Shown in pieces: positions 59,342-64,000 of a stretch of 64,000 nt of DNA. The DNA lies in the IMG/VR virus record IMGVR_UViG_3300010163_000013, positions 1 through 64,000 of that record; one strand, given 5' to 3'. The stretch's first letter is position 1. Each line of letters starts with the position of its first letter. Position numbers and translations under genes: made by a program. Source of the stretch: a virus. Lineage: Duplodnaviria; Heunggongvirae; Uroviricota; Caudoviricetes. Under the pieces are notes generated by a model, which was not told the DNA's origin, did not search any database, and worked only from the letters and a program-made list of their open reading frames with translations.

Positions 59342-59853
59342 TCTTTCATCTCCTCGTTTTTATTTATTACATTATATATTATATTTTTAACTTTGTCAAT
59401 AAATTTTTAATATTTATTTTTTAATTTTACATAAAAATATAATCTTAAAAAAATGTTTCTGATTTTTCAAATTTAAAATTATAATATTTTTTAAAAATAT
59501 CAAGTTTGCCAACGGTATTAAATTTTTTATTTGTTAATTTTTTTAAATATTTTAACTCTATTTTTTCATCCATTATTGATTTAAAAAAATTCATATATTT
59601 TATGAAGCCAAAAATATTATTTGGTCTTAAATACGAAAATATATTAATATTATAACATTTTTTGATAAAATCAATATTAATAGTGTGAGATAGTATGATT
59701 TTATCATTTCATTGATAGAATGTAAAGCGTTATTCAATTATATCAATTCTTTCATAATAAAAACTATAATAAATATTGTAACACAATTTATCAATAATAT
59801 AAATAGTAAATTTACATAATATTTAATAAAAGTTAATAAGGAAGGAGATAATA

Positions 59854-60750
59854 ATGACTAAATTTTTAATAGTAGATGGAAATAGTATAGCTTATAGAGC
59901 AGAATTAGCACATAATTTTAAATATGGGAGTGATTTAACAAATTCACAAGGAAAAACAACAGGTGGTACATATAGATTTATTAATATGTTTATTCGATTA
60001 TTAAATCAAATCAAACCAACGCATATTATTGTTGTTTGGGACGTTAATAGAAATACTTGGAGAAGAAAATTATATCCTCAATATAAAATGAATAGAGAAT
60101 ATAATAATATAAATAAAGATGATTCCTATATTATGTTTGAAGATATAAAAAAAATATTAAATGTAATAGGTATATTAAATATTGAATTTGATGGTTATGA
60201 GGGTGATGATTTAGTAGGTACTTTTGTAAATATATCAACAGCAGATAAAAATTTTATTGTATCAGGAGACAAAGATACTTTTCAATTAATAGATAACAAT
60301 ACAAATGTTATCTTTCCTCAAAAGGGATTTAAAGAAGTTACTATTGTTGATGAAAAATATTTAAAAAATAAATATAGTATAGATAACGGAAAACAATTTA
60401 TAGGAATTAAAACATTAATGGGTGATGTGGGAGATAATATTCCAGGAATTAAAAATTGTGGATTAAAAACTGCTATTAAACTATTACATCAATTTGGCAA
60501 TATAAATACAATAATACATACTAAAAATTTTAACAACATAAGCGATAAATTAATAAAAAATATTAAGTTATGGCAGCCCTACGCTGAAATTTTTTTAAAA
60601 TTAGTTACAATCAATAAAAAAGTTCCTATTGAAATAGAATTTGAAGATTGTGTATTAAATATAGACTGGAATAACGCATTATCTATTTTTCAGGAGTTAG
60701 AATTTAATTCTCTTATTAAAAAAATAAATACTTTATATAAAGGTCAATAA
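59854..60750 (+). CDS. 5'-3' exonuclease or flap endonuclease (FEN/PolI-N family).
   Basis: LIVDGNSIAYRA, and the H3TH motif IGIKTLMGDVGDNIPGIKNCGLKTAIKLLHQFGN. Confidence 0.8.
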   Translation: MTKFLIVDGNSIAYRAELAHNFKYGSDLTNSQGKTTGGTYRFINMFIRLLNQIKPTHIIVVWDVNRNTWRRKLYPQYKMNREYNNINKDDSYIMFEDIKKILNVIGILNIEFDGYEGDDLVGTFVNISTADKNFIVSGDKDTFQLIDNNTNVIFPQKGFKEVTIVDEKYLKNKYSIDNGKQFIGIKTLMGDVGDNIPGIKNCGLKTAIKLLHQFGNINTIIHTKNFNNISDKLIKNIKLWQPYAEIFLKLVTINKKVPIEIEFEDCVLNIDWNNALSIFQELEFNSLIKKINTLYKGQ

Positions 60751-60770
60751 TATTTTATAGGAGGTATAAT

Positions 60771-61130
60771 ATGTCTATATCAGAAGAAGAATATTTTAAT
60801 ATGATTAATAACATACCTAATGTATCAAAAAAAGAACAAAAACCTATATATGAATATGGACGAGATGATAAAGGTAAAATTCAAATTAAAACACAACAAA
60901 ATAATATAGTTATAAAGGATAATATAGAAATACTATTACAAGTAATAGATGAATATATAAAATTATCAGAAAAACTAAATATAGAAATAAAAATGTATAC
61001 TATTTTATATTCAGATACAAAAAAAGAAAAATATAAAAATCAAATTAGTATATTAAAAAATCAACTAATTGAAAATAATTTAAAGATAAAAACATTAATA
61101 AAGATGAAAGGTGATTATAGTGGAAAGTAA
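60771..61130 (+). CDS. Hypothetical protein.
   Basis: Shine-Dalgarno site TAGGAGG. Confidence 0.5.
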   Translation: MSISEEEYFNMINNIPNVSKKEQKPIYEYGRDDKGKIQIKTQQNNIVIKDNIEILLQVIDEYIKLSEKLNIEIKMYTILYSDTKKEKYKNQISILKNQLIENNLKIKTLIKMKGDYSGK

Positions 61131-61812
61131 TATACATAAACATTTAAAACAACAAGGTATGTATTTTTTAAAAACTAAAGTAACAGATGTAGTATGTACA
61201 GAAGTTAAATATCGTAATCTACGTTCAATAGCTGATGTTGGTGGTATTAATTTAAAAAGGCAAGAAGTACGAATTATAGAATGTAAAGCAAGTAAACAAG
61301 ATTTTATACGAGATAAAAAATTAATGAGTATTGAGAAATCATATTATAAACATTGTCATTATTTTTATATATTATGTCCAGAAAATATAATACAAATTAA
61401 TGATATACCAAATGAATATGGGCTACTTTGGTTAAATGATAAAGACAAGATTATTGTAAAACAAAAACCAATTAAATATGTTGGTAAATTAAAAACATTA
61501 TTTAATACATCATTAAAAAATATGTGTCGAGCACAAACTAATACTTTATTATATTATTTTGAACATCAAAATAATAAAGATGTAACAAATAATAGATTTA
61601 ATAAAAATGCTCAAATATTTTATTCAGCTATTAGATGCCCTAAATGTAAGCATATTACTAAAGAATTAATCAATCAAAACACAACAAAACAAATAAAATG
61701 TAAATATTGTAAGGAATTAATTAATATAAATGATACATCTATAAAAAATATTGTAGGATACAATGAAACATTCATAAAAAAAATTAATAAATTAAATGAT
61801 TTGAATAAATAA
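61111..61812 (+). CDS. Putative PD-(D/E)xK-like nuclease with a C-terminal zinc ribbon.
   Basis: SIADVGGINLKRQEVRIIECKAS gives a D...ExK arrangement. CPKCKH...CKYCKE. Confidence 0.3.
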   Translation: MIIVESNIHKHLKQQGMYFLKTKVTDVVCTEVKYRNLRSIADVGGINLKRQEVRIIECKASKQDFIRDKKLMSIEKSYYKHCHYFYILCPENIIQINDIPNEYGLLWLNDKDKIIVKQKPIKYVGKLKTLFNTSLKNMCRAQTNTLLYYFEHQNNKDVTNNRFNKNAQIFYSAIRCPKCKHITKELINQNTTKQIKCKYCKELININDTSIKNIVGYNETFIKKINKLNDLNK

Positions 61813-61919
61813 TATTTTATATCATTTTTTGTAAAAAATAATAAGTTTAAAAATAAATATCTATCGTTTATAGTCAACTTACAATATTTGCCCTACCTAA
61901 AAAAGTAGGGCTATTATAT

Positions 61920-62549
61920 TTATTCAGCAATTATTATTATATATTTTGTTTTATTATATTTTTTACATATATTACATAAATCTATAACCTTATTTTTTAA
62001 TATAGTATTTAAATAATTATCTCCTATTATTGAATTAACTTCACATAATAATACATCTTTATTGGAAAAAATGTGATTATTATTTTTATCTATTATAGAA
62101 CTTTTTTTACAATATCCATATTTATATGGACTTTCATCCTTATTATAAATAATAATATTATTGCTACTTATACCTGTTTCTGAAAATATTCGTACTACTT
62201 TCCAGTTATTACTCCATTCATTAAGTACAATTTCTAATTCTTCTTGTAATTTAGATATGTTTTCATAATTTAAAATAATATTATTATCTAATTGACTAAT
62301 GATATTAAATTTTGTACCCATTGTTTCTATTGTATTTAGTCCAAAAGGTTTATTATAAGGAAGAAACTCTAAATTATACCAAATAATATCTTTTATTAAA
62401 GATAAAATATCATATTGAATGCTAAAATAATAGAAATATGTATCTTCTATATACTTAATAGCATGTTTTAAATGGTAAAGTATGTCTTCTCTTTGTTTTG
62501 ATTGTAAAAGTAATTCATAAATTTGCTCATATAATTGATTATTAGTCAT
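61920..62549 (-). CDS. Hypothetical protein.
   Basis: ORF of 209 aa on the minus strand. Confidence 0.45.
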   Translation of the reverse strand: MTNNQLYEQIYELLLQSKQREDILYHLKHAIKYIEDTYFYYFSIQYDILSLIKDIIWYNLEFLPYNKPFGLNTIETMGTKFNIISQLDNNIILNYENISKLQEELEIVLNEWSNNWKVVRIFSETGISSNNIIIYNKDESPYKYGYCKKSSIIDKNNNHIFSNKDVLLCEVNSIIGDNYLNTILKNKVIDLCNICKKYNKTKYIIIIAE

Positions 62550-62635
62550 ATAATAAACTCCTTTATAAAAAATAGTTGATATATTTTTTTATTTTATATA
62601 TAATATATATAAAAAAAGAAAAGGAGTTTTTATAT

Positions 62636-62935
62636 ATGGACAATAAAAAATTAACTTTATTGAAAAAAAATACAGATTTTACAGAGGAAGAAAAGAATTT
62701 AAAATTAGACTTAGAAGAAGTTGACTGTAGATATAAATCTTGTATAAAAGTTATATCAGAAATTCAAAACTCAAATCCAAAATCCACATATAATAATAAA
62801 CAATGTAACGAATATGTACAAGAAGTAATATTATCATTGTTTTTTATGAAAATACAAAATGTTTTTTTAAATTATATGGGGGTTGAAGATACGTTGGCAT
62901 TACTTGAAGCATTGAATAAAGATAGTGAAGAATAA
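62636..62935 (+). CDS. Hypothetical protein.
   Basis: Shine-Dalgarno site AAAAGGAG before the ATG at 62636. The track start at 62576 is an AT-rich extension. Confidence 0.45.
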   Translation: MDNKKLTLLKKNTDFTEEEKNLKLDLEEVDCRYKSCIKVISEIQNSNPKSTYNNKQCNEYVQEVILSLFFMKIQNVFLNYMGVEDTLALLEALNKDSEE

Positions 62936-62955
62936 AAAAGGGAGGAAAGTATATA

Positions 62956-63888
62956 TTGATTATTTATGATACAGTTGAAGATTCATATTATCAAACATTA
63001 GAAAACAATATAACTACTAATGTTCGTTTTGCTATATCAAATCCTCGTAAAAATCTAATAAAAAATGATGATATTGATTATAAAAAATTATTAGGTGAAT
63101 TAATTTATCATTTACAAGGCAAAGACGATTTAGAAACAATAGCATATTATGATAACAAATATAAGGATTTTAGTGATGATAATGTAACAGTTAATGCTAT
63201 GTTAGGAACAAGAATGTTTTTTTATGAAGGGTTATTTGATGTTTATCAAAATGAAAAAACAAATGATGATGGAGAGGTTATACAAGAATTTGCTTGCGAA
63301 CATATTATTTTAAATCAATTTGAGAAGTGTTTAAATAAATTAATGTTAGGGGAAACTATATTTAATATTAATATTTTTAATCCTTTATTAGATATAAATA
63401 CAAAAAATCCTTGTAATGTGGCTAATTTAATTTTTTATATTGAAAATAATACGTTAAATTTAGAAACTAATGTTATTGTTCAAGATTTTTATAAGGAATA
63501 TCCTTATTTATCTTTTACATTATCAACTATATTATGTATGTTATGTGACAAGTTAAAAATTAAATGTGGAATGTTAATATTTAATTATGTTAGACTAATT
63601 AATATACCTAAAAGTATTAATATTAAAAAGTATTATAATACATTGTTAAATTTAGAATCTAATGAATATTATAATGATATTATTTTTGTTACAAAAATAT
63701 TTAATTTGGAAGTATTAAGTAGAATACAAGGTACTTTAATTAATGTTAAAGAATGTAAAAAACAAATAGAAAGTATAGATAATAAATACTGGCAATCTTT
63801 AATAGCAAGTCTTATAAAACTTAATACAAAATTTAATGATTTTGATAACTATATTACAAAAGAACATCAATTATTTTTATTTCAATAA
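62956..63888 (+). CDS. Hypothetical protein with a TTG start.
   Basis: Shine-Dalgarno site AAGGGAGGA, then TTG. Confidence 0.45.
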   Translation: MIIYDTVEDSYYQTLENNITTNVRFAISNPRKNLIKNDDIDYKKLLGELIYHLQGKDDLETIAYYDNKYKDFSDDNVTVNAMLGTRMFFYEGLFDVYQNEKTNDDGEVIQEFACEHIILNQFEKCLNKLMLGETIFNINIFNPLLDINTKNPCNVANLIFYIENNTLNLETNVIVQDFYKEYPYLSFTLSTILCMLCDKLKIKCGMLIFNYVRLINIPKSINIKKYYNTLLNLESNEYYNDIIFVTKIFNLEVLSRIQGTLINVKECKKQIESIDNKYWQSLIASLIKLNTKFNDFDNYITKEHQLFLFQ

Positions 63889-63903
63889 TAATTTTATATT
63901 ATA

Positions 63904-63938
63904 TATAAGGGCGAAATAATTTAAGATTTCGCCCTTTG
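63904..63938 (+). terminator. Rho-independent terminator.
   Basis: AGGGCGAAATaatttaagATTTCGCCCT, then TTGTTAT. Confidence 0.8.
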
Positions 63939-64000
63939 TTATTTTATAAATAATGTTAAAATTTTACTCTATAAAACAATTTTTATAATTTATACAAAAT

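Noticed and set aside
1-64000. CRISPR array, integrase or att sites, transposase or IS element, rRNA.
   Set aside because: No regularly spaced direct repeats were found. No tyrosine or serine recombinase, DDE transposase or rRNA-like conserved stretch was seen on either strand.

Overview
The window is extremely AT-rich, roughly three quarters A+T by eye (not computed). It is gene-dense, and almost all genes are on the + strand. Spacers are short, with GGAGG-like Shine-Dalgarno sites, and nearly every gene or operon ends in a perfect hairpin followed by a T-run. Stop codons are standard, and TGG is Trp while TGA is stop. I saw no rRNA, tRNA, CRISPR array, integrase, transposase or virion structural gene.

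The gene content reads as the replication, nucleotide-metabolism and DNA-modification region of a large (jumbo-type) phage or phage-like plasmid of a low-GC bacterium. That is an inference from gene content only.

The main features I can support:
- A DnaD-like initiator, a DnaC-like loader, a DnaB-like helicase and a stand-alone primase zinc-finger protein.
- Three N6-adenine methyltransferases (two Dam-like and one beta-class), one intact C5-cytosine methyltransferase, a second C5 methyltransferase interrupted by two in-frame TAA codons, and a methyltransferase C-terminal remnant.
- Two HU-like proteins, an SPFH/prohibitin protein, an orphan SbcC/Rad50-like ATPase with a zinc hook, and a NAD-dependent DNA ligase.
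- RNase HI, an ABC exporter, GyrB carrying a mini-intein, and GyrA carrying an intein with an HNH domain.
- A dCMP-deaminase-like ORF without a canonical start codon, ClpX, a DHH phosphoesterase, a WYL-domain protein, a sigma-70-family factor and a 5'-3' exonuclease (FEN).

The most unusual items:
- A minus-strand island (55.2-59.3 kb) combining an AAA+ ATPase with DUF1257-like, DUF2997-like and zinc-ribbon small proteins.
- A convergent GHMP sugar-kinase and sugar-1-phosphate nucleotidyltransferase pair beside a 738-aa vWA protein.
- A dispersed MoxR-like ATPase and CoxE-like vWA pair.
- Five otherwise unrelated small proteins sharing an MKRL(V/L/I)(K/R)K N-terminus, one of them split at an A8 tract.
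- A heavily decayed PAPS-reductase-like pseudogene beside an intact B12-binding radical-SAM gene.
- Three in-frame TAA codons within 1.4 kb of a single locus.
- A protein built of about 9.5 tandem 28-aa repeats.
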